A stretch of DNA of 64,000 nt from a virus (taxonomy: Duplodnaviria > Caudoviricetes), in IMG/VR virus record IMGVR_UViG_3300031910_000003, positions 4,702 to 68,701 of that record; one strand, 5' to 3'. Position 1 is the stretch's first letter. The number at the start of each line of letters is the position of its first letter. This document shows positions 10,290-18,852 of this stretch, in pieces. The notes below the pieces were generated by a model, which had not been told where the DNA came from, made no database searches, and saw only the letters and a list, made by a program, of their open reading frames with translations. A program made the translations under genes and the position numbers.

Positions 10290-10868
10290 TGTCGGCTGCT
10301 TGGTGTTGGCGGCCATTCCGGCCGCTGTCGCGGTGAACGGCCCGATCTTGGGCTCGCCGGTGATGTATTGCCTGTCCGTCAAGTGGCGAATGGCGGTGCC
10401 GACAATGTTGGCCAGCATACCTGGGACACGCCGACGCAGCAGCTCGACGCCGATCGGGCTGCCACTTCTGACGATCGCCGCGAGTACCCTGGCGTCGGAG
10501 GGTCCCATCGACCCAGCCGGGGTTCTGACCCGCTGCCCGGTTGGTGTGGCTGCTTGCCGCCGTCGCTGTCGGCTAGCCGCTGCCCCGGTGCGCTGACGCG
10601 GACGCCCGGGACGCTGCCGCTGCCCCTGCTGCGTCTGCTGTGTCGCGCGCGGCCGCGCGGCTGGCGTGGTCGGCATCTGCACCGTGCGCACCGCCGCGAC
10701 CGAGGAGACGCTCGTTTGCAGATAGATGCGGTTAATCTCGCTGTAGAGGTTTTGCGCCTCTGCCGCGAGCTGCGCATTCGCCAGCAGGTTCGGATAGGTG
10801 TATGCCCACTTGCCGACCGTGGTCATGCAGGGGCCGTAATCCTCCGTGCCCGTCGTTGTCGATTGCAT
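10212..10868 (-). CDS. Hypothetical protein, possible C-terminal winged helix
   Basis: Basic Q/R linker followed by DARVLAAIVRSGSPIGVELLRRRVP...L.DRQYI. Confidence 0.5.
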   Translation of the reverse strand: MQSTTTGTEDYGPCMTTVGKWAYTYPNLLANAQLAAEAQNLYSEINRIYLQTSVSSVAAVRTVQMPTTPAARPRATQQTQQGQRQRPGRPRQRTGAAASRQRRRQAATPTGQRVRTPAGSMGPSDARVLAAIVRSGSPIGVELLRRRVPGMLANIVGTAIRHLTDRQYITGEPKIGPFTATAAGMAANTKQPTSIGAARARRTATPSSAELPPQAAAG

Positions 10869-10954
10869 TTCTGTCTCCGTGGGGTTAATCGGGAAATCGA
10901 CGCGGGCAGCGTCAATTGATGGTTCAACTGACGTTGCGAGGTCAACCTGCAATG

Positions 10955-11245
10955 TCAGTTGGGCCGTCTCAGCCAGTCGTCGCCGGCCGGGTTGAGCGCG
11001 CGATCAATCACCATCTGCCGGTGCAGCTCGCGGATTTCGTCGGGGAGTTTCGCCACCTCATCCTGCGACAGCGCCCGCAGCTGGAGCGGCGCGCCGTAAA
11101 ATTCGTACCAGACGAAGCAATACACGCACCACGTCACGTCACCGGGTGTTGGCCGCGGCCGAGGCTGCCTGCTGTTGTTAGTGATCGCGGTGAACCCGTC
11201 GAGCAGATTACGGCAGGCCGGGCAGACCGGCGCTGGCGCCGACAA
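10955..11245 (-). CDS. Zn-finger-like small protein
   Basis: CPAC...CVYC. Confidence 0.6.
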   Translation of the reverse strand: MSAPAPVCPACRNLLDGFTAITNNSRQPRPRPTPGDVTWCVYCFVWYEFYGAPLQLRALSQDEVAKLPDEIRELHRQMVIDRALNPAGDDWLRRPN

Positions 11246-11323
11246 CTGGCCGGAGCTGAGATAGATGACTTTTTTTTCACGCGCGGCCTTGCGGCGGCGA
11301 TTGGTCGGCGCGCACCGTGGCCT

Positions 11324-11602
11324 CTATTCGCGGGACAGTTGGACGCGGTAGCCGAGTTGCGTCTGCCGGGTGACCTCGAAGCCAGCGTTCAATTGATCGA
11401 ACTCTTCCTGGGTGAGTTCGAGCCGCTGCGGCGGCAGTTTGGTTCCTTCGAGGCCAAGCATCGCCAGCGCGCCGATCGTGCCCAGGGCGACGAGCAGCGG
11501 GCTGCAGTCAGGGGTTTCGATCCGCCCCTCGGGGTGCATGCGGCCGATCATCCCCAGGTCGCGGATCGCCGTCAGCAGGGCGCGCAGCTCGGCTTCACTC
11601 AA
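11324..11602 (-). CDS. Hypothetical protein
   Basis: ORF in the leftward gene run. Confidence 0.55.
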   Translation of the reverse strand: MSEAELRALLTAIRDLGMIGRMHPEGRIETPDCSPLLVALGTIGALAMLGLEGTKLPPQRLELTQEEFDQLNAGFEVTRQTQLGYRVQLSRE

Positions 11603-11615
11603 TGCTTTTCAGCCA

Positions 11616-11852
11616 TCAACGTCCGTCCATGGGGATGCCCCACTTCTTCTCGGGATGCAGCTGTTCGACGCCGATCACGGTCGCGTCGATGGCCTCATTC
11701 GCGTAACGCTGGGCACCTCGGAGAAGGCTGCAGATGTAAAGCAGCACCCCGCACTCGAACAGCTGCAGCAAGAACATCGCCACCAGGAGTGCATCGAAAG
11801 CGGTGACGGTCCAATCAGGGTTCCCAGTCAATCCAACCGCCGTCCTTGCCAA
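11616..11852 (-). CDS. Small membrane protein
   Basis: One hydrophobic segment. Confidence 0.5.
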   Translation of the reverse strand: MARTAVGLTGNPDWTVTAFDALLVAMFLLQLFECGVLLYICSLLRGAQRYANEAIDATVIGVEQLHPEKKWGIPMDGR

Positions 11853-11875
11853 AAAACGGCAGGAGCTTCGGCATG

Positions 11876-12106
11876 TTATCCCCTCTCCATCGCCTCGGCA
11901 CCGGCCGCCGGCAGGCGCACACTGGTGACGACGGCAATGTAACCGACGTCACTATGTCCGACCCAGGTCCGCTCATCGACTTCATCCCAATGTACCGCAC
12001 CGATCCGCATTTCCTCGGCCGTCTTGACCTCGGCGCGGGCCTCGTCATCGCTCCAAAACGCGCGGTCGCAGCGCCGGACGCCGCCGACGATCGCGCGGGT
12101 CTCCAT
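11876..12106 (-). CDS. Small-protein paralog 1 of 3
   Basis: Shares the W..ARAE..EM.IG...W..D...G...V.S..LP pattern with 12143 and 12629. Confidence 0.7.
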   Translation of the reverse strand: METRAIVGGVRRCDRAFWSDDEARAEVKTAEEMRIGAVHWDEVDERTWVGHSDVGYIAVVTSVRLPAAGAEAMERG

Positions 12107-12142
12107 CTGGTAAAATCATCCACACCCAGATGCTCCGGTCGC

Positions 12143-12397
12143 TCATGGCGGCGGCTCCCCGTCCGGCAGCAGGGCGCTGCGCAGCACGATATAATGCTTG
12201 TGGTTTCGCCCGATCACGACCTGGTCATCGATGGCGTACCACGTGATCGGCCCGAGCTTCATCTCGGCGATCCACCGCTCGGCCTCGGCGCGCGCGCTCT
12301 CTTTCGTCCAGTGCACGCGCTTGCTGGCCTGCACCGCGCCCAGGACCTCGCCTTGCTCGGGGAAGATCATCGCCGCCCAAATGCTTCGATCCTTCAT
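12143..12397 (-). CDS. Small-protein paralog 2 of 3
   Basis: GAVQASKRVHWTKESARAEAERWIAEMKLGPITW. Confidence 0.75.
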   Translation of the reverse strand: MKDRSIWAAMIFPEQGEVLGAVQASKRVHWTKESARAEAERWIAEMKLGPITWYAIDDQVVIGRNHKHYIVLRSALLPDGEPPP

Positions 12398-12632
12398 CTC
12401 CCCTCCGGTGGAGTCGGTGAGCCTTAACGCGCAACGCCGCTAAGCCCCCACGCTCGAACGAGCGTCGCCAAAACTCAAACTCCTCGGAGCTGAGCGCGTA
12501 CCGCTCGCCGGCCGCACGCTTGCTTATCGCCCGGCCGATCACCGCCTCAACCACGGCGGCTTTCTGTTTGGCTGTCCAACGGCGGAGCTCGGGAGGCGGC
12601 AATTGCGCCCGCAGTTCAGCGCGCGAGGTCAT
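12225..12632 (-). CDS. sciP: SciP/DUF1153-like CtrA-inhibitor homolog (domain is the first ~75 aa)
   Basis: LPPPELRRWTAKQKAAVVEAVIGRAISKRAAGERYALSSEEFEFWRRSFERGGLAALRV matches the recalled SciP pattern LPP.D.RRW.A.RKAAVV.AV..GLI....A..RY.LS.EEF..W; ATGA-coupled start. Confidence 0.8.
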   Translation of the reverse strand: MTSRAELRAQLPPPELRRWTAKQKAAVVEAVIGRAISKRAAGERYALSSEEFEFWRRSFERGGLAALRVKAHRLHRRGDEGSKHLGGDDLPRARRGPGRGAGQQARALDERERARRGRAVDRRDEARADHVVRHR

Positions 12633-12898
12633 CGCGGTGTCGGCTCTTGCGGCAACCGTAGGCTGCGCACCGTCAGGCGCAGATGCGGATTGCTCACATG
12701 GCCGATCAGCAATCCGCCGTCGATCCTTTGCCATGTGACCGGGCCAATTCCCATTTCGCTCGCCCACTCCTCGGCCTCGGCGCGTGCCGCCGCTTGCGTC
12801 CAATGCAATGCCCAGCTGGCGCGCACCGCGCCGACCAGGTCGGTGACGCCGATCGGGATCAGCATCGACAACCAGACGTAGCCCCTGCGTGCTCGCAT
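12629..12898 (-). CDS. Small-protein paralog 3 of 3
   Basis: GAVRASWALHWTQAAARAEAEEWASEMGIGPVTW. Confidence 0.75.
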   Translation of the reverse strand: MRARRGYVWLSMLIPIGVTDLVGAVRASWALHWTQAAARAEAEEWASEMGIGPVTWQRIDGGLLIGHVSNPHLRLTVRSLRLPQEPTPR

Positions 12899-13418
12899 GC
12901 GTCGCCTTCGACGAGCCGCTGCGGCTCGCGGTGCAGCCATTCGTTATGCGTGAAGGGCTCGAGCTCGGCGATCGCCACGCGGCCGTCGCTCGCGGGATAG
13001 CCGCGGCAGGCCATGGTCAGCACCGACTGATCCTCGCGAAACCGCTCAAGGCAGGGGTCGCACAGCACCGCGTTGGCGCCGTCGGTCGCCAAGCCGCAGA
13101 CAAAGCATCCCCAGCCGTGCCCGGACACCTGGGCGCGCTTGTCGAGCATGATCATGTTGCGGACACCCTCGGTCGTCTCGCACACGCAGCACGCGCCGAA
13201 GTCGGGCGTCTCGTGCTCTTCCGGCTCGACCTCGGCGACGGGGACCTCCTCGAGCTCGGCGGCAAAGCGCGCCAAGGTCACCTCGTCGTGGGTCTGCGGC
13301 GAGACCGCCGCGACGAGCGCGACGACCGGGATCCCGCTCTCGGTCATGCCCTCCCAGCGCCGCGCGCGGACGCCGGCGTCGATCTCGACGATGACCGGGG
13401 TGCTCTCGAGGGTGATCT
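12859..13418 (-). CDS. Cys-rich hypothetical protein (start uncertain)
   Basis: CCVC, CFVC and CDPC motifs; no canonical start after the RBS. Confidence 0.55.
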
Positions 13419-13700
13419 TTACGGCAGCCTCCCTTCCGGCTGCCCCTGAAACCGCCACAGCGCGGCCGAAGCGAGGCTCACCCGCGCTCGGAAGGCCTCG
13501 GCTTGCTGATCGGGGTGGCGGATGCCCTCAAGCAGCGCCTGCAGCGGCCCGGCGAGGTCGTCGAGTTCTCTCGCGATCGCGCGAATCAACACATCGCGTT
13601 GCTGGGCGGCGGCCGGTGTTAGCGGGCCCGGCCGGATCGCCCGGCCGACGACCGCCGACGCGCGCACCAAGGCCTCGGGGCTCGGCTCAGCCTGTTTCAC
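13419..13700 (-). CDS. Hypothetical protein
   Basis: GTGA-coupled start. Confidence 0.55.
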   Translation of the reverse strand: MKQAEPSPEALVRASAVVGRAIRPGPLTPAAAQQRDVLIRAIARELDDLAGPLQALLEGIRHPDQQAEAFRARVSLASAALWRFQGQPEGRLP

Positions 13701-13822
13701 AGCTGCGCGATCAGCGGCAGGGCCATGCCGGCGGGGCCGACGACGGCCGGGATCACCTCCTCGCCATCGGCGCGGGTCTCGATCCAGGCGTAGAGCTTTG
13801 TGATCTTGTGCGGCCTAGCCAT
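13697..13822 (-). CDS. 41-aa hypothetical protein
   Basis: MARPHKITKLYAWIETRADG...; high GC3; coupled to neighbours; below the ORF-track cutoff. Confidence 0.5.
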   Translation of the reverse strand: MARPHKITKLYAWIETRADGEEVIPAVVGPAGMALPLIAQL

Positions 13823-14075
13823 CCCGGGCGCTATCTTGCGCGGGAAAATGACGGCCGGGGATTGGGAACCCGGCCGCCAAGTGGAGGGGAATCACGGGCG
13901 GCAGGGATGTGTCGCCCGCCTTCGCCACATTCGGGCGAAGCTCGGGTTGCGCCGAGCCTGCCGCATCACAGCACGAGGCGATGCTGCCGATGCAGTGATT
14001 AGGGCAGTGCATGACGCCAAATCTCGTGATGACCATGCCGGGGATCGGGCTGCCGCGGCAAGTCTCGCAGTCCAT
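13815..14075 (-). CDS. Cys-rich hypothetical protein
   Basis: CETC...HCPNHC...SCC. Confidence 0.5.
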   Translation of the reverse strand: MDCETCRGSPIPGMVITRFGVMHCPNHCIGSIASCCDAAGSAQPELRPNVAKAGDTSLPPVIPLHLAAGFPIPGRHFPAQDSARDG

Positions 14076-14353
14076 CAGCGGCGTTCTTCTTGGGCGTGGA
14101 ACATCAACATCGCGCAGTCCAGCGCTTCGCTTGCCTTGTCGACATCTGGCTCGGCCATGTAGCGCAGCGCGAACTTCTGCAGCATTGCTTCGAACTTGGC
14201 GCGCGCAGCTTCGGGGTCACCGATCCGCACCGAGGACCAGATCGACACCAGGAACGGCGCCAACGGGTCGCGATCGAGCAGCACGAACATGTGCTCGTCG
14301 GGACGCGCCGCCGCGTAGCAGTCAAAGCGGCTCGGGTCTTGCTTGGTTCCCAT
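14075..14353 (-). CDS. Conserved phage hypothetical protein
   Basis: DE.MFVLLDRDPLAPFLV.IW pattern; GGGAG RBS. Confidence 0.6.
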   Translation of the reverse strand: MGTKQDPSRFDCYAAARPDEHMFVLLDRDPLAPFLVSIWSSVRIGDPEAARAKFEAMLQKFALRYMAEPDVDKASEALDCAMLMFHAQEERR

Positions 14354-15311
14354 CGGCACTCCCCCTCGGGTATTCATCCCAGGTCACGCCATCGAGCAGC
14401 CGGCCGGCGGTTTTTTTGCCGACACGCACATGGCTCGCGGTCCACTCGCAGCCATCGTAGCACTCGCTCGGATCGCGCCGGCCGAGCTGGTCGCGCGGCA
14501 ACCACTCGCCCCACTGCTTGAAGAAAAACGGCACGCCGGCGGTGCCGCACTGATCGCGCACCGAGCGCGCCCAGGCCGACTCCATCGGCCGCGCGTGCGG
14601 GCCGCTCTCGCCGCCGAGGACGACCCAATCGAGGGCGGCTGGTGCGTCGAGGGCGAGGTGACGCCACATCGGGTCCCGTTCGATGAACATCGCCAGATTG
14701 ACCGGCCCGAGCAGCGGCTCAAGGCTGACCCAGCGCACCGCCGCGGGCGTGTAGAGCAGTTTCGGGATCCGCTCGTCGGCACGCTCCTGGTCCTCGACCG
14801 AGACGCCAAGCTCGACGTTGGGGAGCGGGTAACCCGGATAAGGGCCGATGTCTTTGCCCGGGCCAAGCACCCCGGCCGCCGCGTATGCCCATCGCTGACC
14901 CAGATCGTTCCCCGGGCGAATCTGCAGATAGCGCCGCATCCGGTCGGCGCGCTTGGTCAGCACCTGAAATCTGTGGTGCTTGCACACCGCCATGACGCCG
15001 AAGACCCGGTCGATCCACTCGTCGGGCACCGCCTCGTGAAACAGGTCTGACATCGAGTTGACGAAGATCCGACGCGGCGTCTTCCAGCGCAGCGGCTGAT
15101 CGAGGGCCTTCTCCCAGAGCCGCACCTCGCCGGTCCACACCGGGCCGGCTTTGCTCGGCTGCGTCAGGCCGGCGAACTTCGGCTCGCATCGCAGCCAACG
15201 GCCGGCCTCGCGCATCGCGTAGCAGTTGGTGCAGCCGGGTGAGACGATGCTGCAACCCGCGATCGGGTTCCAAGTCGCCTCGGTCCACTCGATGCCGGTC
15301 TTATCGGCCAT
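14322..15311 (-). CDS. Gp37/Gp68 (DUF5131) family protein
   Basis: TGIEWTEATWNPIAGC...SPGCTNCYA; IFVNSMSDLFH; WVSLEPLLG; WVVLGGESG; PFFFKQWG. Confidence 0.9.
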   Translation of the reverse strand: MADKTGIEWTEATWNPIAGCSIVSPGCTNCYAMREAGRWLRCEPKFAGLTQPSKAGPVWTGEVRLWEKALDQPLRWKTPRRIFVNSMSDLFHEAVPDEWIDRVFGVMAVCKHHRFQVLTKRADRMRRYLQIRPGNDLGQRWAYAAAGVLGPGKDIGPYPGYPLPNVELGVSVEDQERADERIPKLLYTPAAVRWVSLEPLLGPVNLAMFIERDPMWRHLALDAPAALDWVVLGGESGPHARPMESAWARSVRDQCGTAGVPFFFKQWGEWLPRDQLGRRDPSECYDGCEWTASHVRVGKKTAGRLLDGVTWDEYPRGSADGNQARPEPL

Positions 15312-15465
15312 CCCGCCTCCACCAGCGCGACCGATGGTGCGCCCACCATTCCTCCCAGCGCTCGCGGTACTCGACCTCCCACAGGGAGAGCAGCATGGCG
15401 GGCACCAACAGACAGCACAGCACGACGCCGAGCGTGAAGATCACCGGCAGCACGTAGCCGTTCAA
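15301..15465 (-). CDS. 54-aa membrane protein
   Basis: TTG start overlapping the upstream stop; TM segment then Trp-rich tail. Confidence 0.45.
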   Translation of the reverse strand: MNGYVLPVIFTLGVVLCCLLVPAMLLSLWEVEYRERWEEWWAHHRSRWWRRDGR

Positions 15466-15794
15466 TTCGGCCTCTCGCGATGTAGATCGCCGAACACTGC
15501 GCGGGCCACCGCTTGCTCAGTTTCGCAGTCTTTCAGCTCCGAGAAGGCCTCGGCCATCGTGCGCCAGCGCGTGCGGTCGAGCTCATACCGCCAGGTGCCG
15601 GACCGAGCGCCGCACAGCCCGCACCACGGGTACAACTCGCGCGTCGCCAACAGATCGGCGACTTGCTCGACCAACGGTGCCTTGACCTTGGCCTCGGCCT
15701 CGGTGCGGCCGGAGGCTTCACCGGCCGTCGCGAGGATGCAGTGCCGCTGCGGGCACAGGCATTGGGTGATCCAGACGTGCGTCAGATGTCCCAT
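15462..15794 (-). CDS. Hypothetical Cys-containing protein
   Basis: CLCPQRHC...CGLCG. Confidence 0.55.
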   Translation of the reverse strand: MGHLTHVWITQCLCPQRHCILATAGEASGRTEAEAKVKAPLVEQVADLLATRELYPWCGLCGARSGTWRYELDRTRWRTMAEAFSELKDCETEQAVARAVFGDLHRERPN

Positions 15795-15992
15795 TTTCTT
15801 GCGCGCAAGAAAATTAGCCGCGGTTCACGGAACGTTTCGTCAATCAGCGTCAACCACTGCACGGAAAATCAAATAGATAGGGGTAGAGCACTGCTTTCGG
15901 GAGGCAGGGGCCGGAGGTTCAAATCCTCTCACTCCGACCAGCACTTAGCGGAATTTCCGTAAGCGACGCGCAAGAAAATTCGCAAGAAAATT
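15793..15992. repeat. Integrase arm-type sites CGCAAGAAAAT x4
   Basis: Inverted pair forming a 22-bp palindrome at 15793-15814; direct tandem pair at 15969-15992; the two pairs flank the att core. Confidence 0.8.
15882..15940 (+). mobile_element. attP: attP core: 3' 59 nt of tRNA-Pro(CGG)
   Basis: ggtagagca-ctgct TTCGGGA ggcag-gggcc-ggagg TTCAAAT cctct-cactccgaCCA; tRNA 5' end absent; directly downstream of the integrase. Confidence 0.9.
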
Positions 15993-15998
15993 TTCATC

Positions 15999-17066
15999 TT
16001 ATCTCCGTCTCTCGATGGCCCGCTTCGCTGCGGCAAAGTGATTGGGATGGTGGTGCGCGTAGAGTTCGGTCGTGCGTTCGTTCGAGTGGCCGAGCCAGCC
16101 GGCGATTTGGTGCAGATCCACGCCAGCTTGGGCGAGCCATGTGCCGCATGTGTGTCGCAGGACGTGCGGGGTCACATCAGTCAGTCCCGCCCGTGCGCAG
16201 GCCGCGTCGAATGACCGCCTGACGCTCTTCACCCGCTCGCTTTCGTAGGCGATCACGAACGGGCAATTGCTGCGCCGCTGCGCCGCACACAGAAACCACC
16301 GCAACCCATCTGGTATCGGTATGACCGGTCGACGCTTGTTGGTGCGGGGACGCCCCGCTTCGTTGAAGTCAATGCGACCGTTGACCAAGTCGACCTGCGA
16401 CCAGCGGAGTCCAAGGATCGCACCGCGGCGCGCGCCCGTATAGAGCGCGATCAGCAGGAACAGGGGCAGGTGCAGTCGCGCTTTCGGCTCTCGTCGGCTT
16501 TCCCACAACAAGCGGGCAGCTTCCAAGCGCGTCAACCACCGATCTCTCCCTGGTTGCCGCGACGGCAGTTCAACGAACGGTGCGGAGGTGAGGTATTTGT
16601 TCTTTACCGCGTAATTCACCGCAGCGCGGAGGACAATCAGCTCTCTCGCCGCCGTCTGTTCTTTGACCCCCTGCTTTAGCCGGGCCCTCCGGTATTGGCG
16701 GCATGTCTGCGGCGTGATGTCATCGACCGTCCGCTCTCCCCACCAGTCCAGCAGCCGATCAATAGCATATGCGACGCGCTTGGGATCGGCGAGGTCGGGC
16801 GCGCGTTGCGCCCCGTAAAACCCAAGGGTCTCGGCTATTCCGGTCTCAGCCGGATGACGGCGGCCGGGCTGGTGCGGCTCGTCGGGTCTTCGGCCTTGAG
16901 CGATGAGCCACTGCCCGAAGATTTCTTGAGCATGTCCGAGATCGCCCGTACCTGTCGTAACGTGGCGGGTTTTGCCTTCTTCCGTCCACCGGATCGCGTA
17001 GGTTAGTTCTTTCCATCTTGTAATGAGGACGAGTTTCGGCCCCTCGTTCGGCCGTCCGCGCGCCAT
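15999..17066 (-). CDS. int: Tyrosine integrase
   Basis: LYTGARRGAILGLRWSQVDL (R); PHVLRHTCGTWL (HxxR); LGHS (H); YAH (Y); alternative start at 17087. Confidence 0.95.
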   Translation of the reverse strand: MARGRPNEGPKLVLITRWKELTYAIRWTEEGKTRHVTTGTGDLGHAQEIFGQWLIAQGRRPDEPHQPGRRHPAETGIAETLGFYGAQRAPDLADPKRVAYAIDRLLDWWGERTVDDITPQTCRQYRRARLKQGVKEQTAARELIVLRAAVNYAVKNKYLTSAPFVELPSRQPGRDRWLTRLEAARLLWESRREPKARLHLPLFLLIALYTGARRGAILGLRWSQVDLVNGRIDFNEAGRPRTNKRRPVIPIPDGLRWFLCAAQRRSNCPFVIAYESERVKSVRRSFDAACARAGLTDVTPHVLRHTCGTWLAQAGVDLHQIAGWLGHSNERTTELYAHHHPNHFAAAKRAIERRR

Positions 17067-17245
17067 GGCACCCCCCTTTTCTGCCAACGCACAAGATCAG
17101 AGTGGCGATACATAACCTTGCCCGCAACGGGCTTCCATCCAATGCGCTCCTTCTCCCGCTCGGTGCGCAATGATCGTGGCTCGATGCCGAGGCGACGTGC
17201 GGCCTCGACCTCCGTGTACATCGGCTCAAGTTCATCATCACTCAT
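17003..17245 (-). CDS. xis: Excisionase-like HTH protein
   Basis: YTEVEAARRLGIEPRSL...VAGKVMYR..DL; overlaps the int start. Confidence 0.75.
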   Translation of the reverse strand: MSDDELEPMYTEVEAARRLGIEPRSLRTEREKERIGWKPVAGKVMYRHSDLVRWQKRGVPWRADGRTRGRNSSSLQDGKN

Positions 17246-17278
17246 GGTGTTCCCCATCAGTGGTCACCCCGCTCGCGG

Positions 17279-17542
17279 TCACCGTCGATATCCTCTGATC
17301 TCGTTCTTGCCAGCGGCGCGACGGCGCAGTGGACCGCGGTCCTGCCGCCGAAATGGCTGTCCGCGCTTTTTGATCGCGCGCCGCATCAAACGCTTGGCCT
17401 TGCTCTGTACCCGCCAGGCCGCCCATACGCTTCCCGGCTGCAAGTCAACGGCGATGTCCCACCATGCCCGGGCAGCCGAAGGTCGCGCTCGACGCCGCAG
17501 GCGCCTAACAGCGGCTTTCACAGCTTGGGTGTCGGTGGTCAT
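17279..17542 (-). CDS. Basic hypothetical protein
   Basis: ATGA-coupled to 17539. Confidence 0.45.
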   Translation of the reverse strand: MTTDTQAVKAAVRRLRRRARPSAARAWWDIAVDLQPGSVWAAWRVQSKAKRLMRRAIKKRGQPFRRQDRGPLRRRAAGKNEIRGYRR

Positions 17543-18849
17543 CGGTCACTCTCCCTCAACTCGCGCTCGCGGTCACCGAGCCGGTGCATGACGGTGACCC
17601 AGGCGTCGCGATCGGCCTCGCGCATCTCTTCGAGCGTGTCGCGATTGGCGTTGACGAAGCGGCCAGTGGCCACCGTGTCGTCGAGATCGGTCAGATCGGC
17701 GATCACGCGCAGCATGTCGGCGACCGTGTCTTCCCATGACGGCGAGCCGTCGGGGTATTTGCTGATCGGCACGACGAGCGCGTCATCGCCGCGCAGATCG
17801 CTGTAGCTGAAAGGATCATCGCCCTCGCCGGCTTCGCCCTCATCGGCGCGTTGGCCGAATGGATCGGTGAACGTCTGATCGCGGCCGGCCTCTTCCCGCG
17901 CGAGGCGCGCCTGCTGGGCCTCGTCATCGGCGGCGCGCGCGGCGGAGCGGAGATTGGCGATCGCCGGCCGCAGCACCAGCTTCTGCTCATCCGGGAGCGG
18001 GTCGTACCAGCGCCGCAATGCGGCCGTGCCGCCGGCTGCCGCGTCAAAGGCCTGCTTGCGCAAGTGCTCGCGCGCCGGATTGATCGGCGAGCCGCCAGCG
18101 ACCCACTGGCCGATCAGCCGGCCGGTCTCAATGGTCAACTTCTCGCCGAGAAACAGGTGGCGCAGATCATCCGGGCATTTGACCCGGCTGGGGTCGGTTT
18201 CGTACTCGCCGTGCAAGACCATCGGCAGCACGATCGTCATGTCGAACTTCAACCGCTTGTCCTGGATCGGTTCCCACGGCTGCGGGGTCCATACCTCTTT
18301 GTTGTTCTTCGTCTCGATCTTGATCGGCTGCTTGGCGCGCGAGCACAGGATCAGCGGGATGCGCGTCGTCAGCAGCACGCTGACCATGCGGTTGTAGTCG
18401 CGCTTTGGCTTTGACCACTTGGCGAGCCCCTTCCAGCCGTTGAGCTCGTTCTGCTCGGCCTGGTCGAGCACACCGCCGAACCCCTCCCACACGTGGCTGA
18501 ACGAGTCGATCATCAGCGCGTGGACGCCATACTCCATGAACAGTTCGATGCCCTGCAGGTAGCGGCCCGGGCTGAATGGCCGGGTCAACTCACCGACCTT
18601 GAAGCCACCGGGGACCCGCTCGGCGAAGATGCGGGCGCGCCCCTCGGTGTCCATGCAGCCGACGATGCCCTTGTCGGGGCCGGCGAGCGCGTCAGCGATG
18701 CCGCGCGCCAGATAGAGGGCGGTCAGCGTCTTGCCGCATTCCGATGGCCCGAACAGTTGAATGATCAGGTGCACACCGGCACGGCTCGCATCGGCGATCT
18801 CGAAGATCGGGCCTTCGCTGCCCGGCAGGTCGTCGGTACCGCGGGCCAT
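17539..18849 (-). CDS. P-loop ATPase, Sak4/AAA_24-like recombination protein
   Basis: Walker A GPSECGKT; Walker B LMIDSFSH.W. Confidence 0.8.
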   Translation of the reverse strand: MARGTDDLPGSEGPIFEIADASRAGVHLIIQLFGPSECGKTLTALYLARGIADALAGPDKGIVGCMDTEGRARIFAERVPGGFKVGELTRPFSPGRYLQGIELFMEYGVHALMIDSFSHVWEGFGGVLDQAEQNELNGWKGLAKWSKPKRDYNRMVSVLLTTRIPLILCSRAKQPIKIETKNNKEVWTPQPWEPIQDKRLKFDMTIVLPMVLHGEYETDPSRVKCPDDLRHLFLGEKLTIETGRLIGQWVAGGSPINPAREHLRKQAFDAAAGGTAALRRWYDPLPDEQKLVLRPAIANLRSAARAADDEAQQARLAREEAGRDQTFTDPFGQRADEGEAGEGDDPFSYSDLRGDDALVVPISKYPDGSPSWEDTVADMLRVIADLTDLDDTVATGRFVNANRDTLEEMREADRDAWVTVMHRLGDRERELRESDR

Positions 18850-18852
18850 CGC

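Noticed and set aside
13487-13496. TCGGAAGG as another leader-motif copy
   Set aside because: Inside a coding region, lacks CTCC/GGAG and has no start codon at the right distance
15882-15940. Functional tRNA-Pro gene
   Set aside because: The 5' acceptor strand and D-stem start are missing; the position beside int identifies it as an att core
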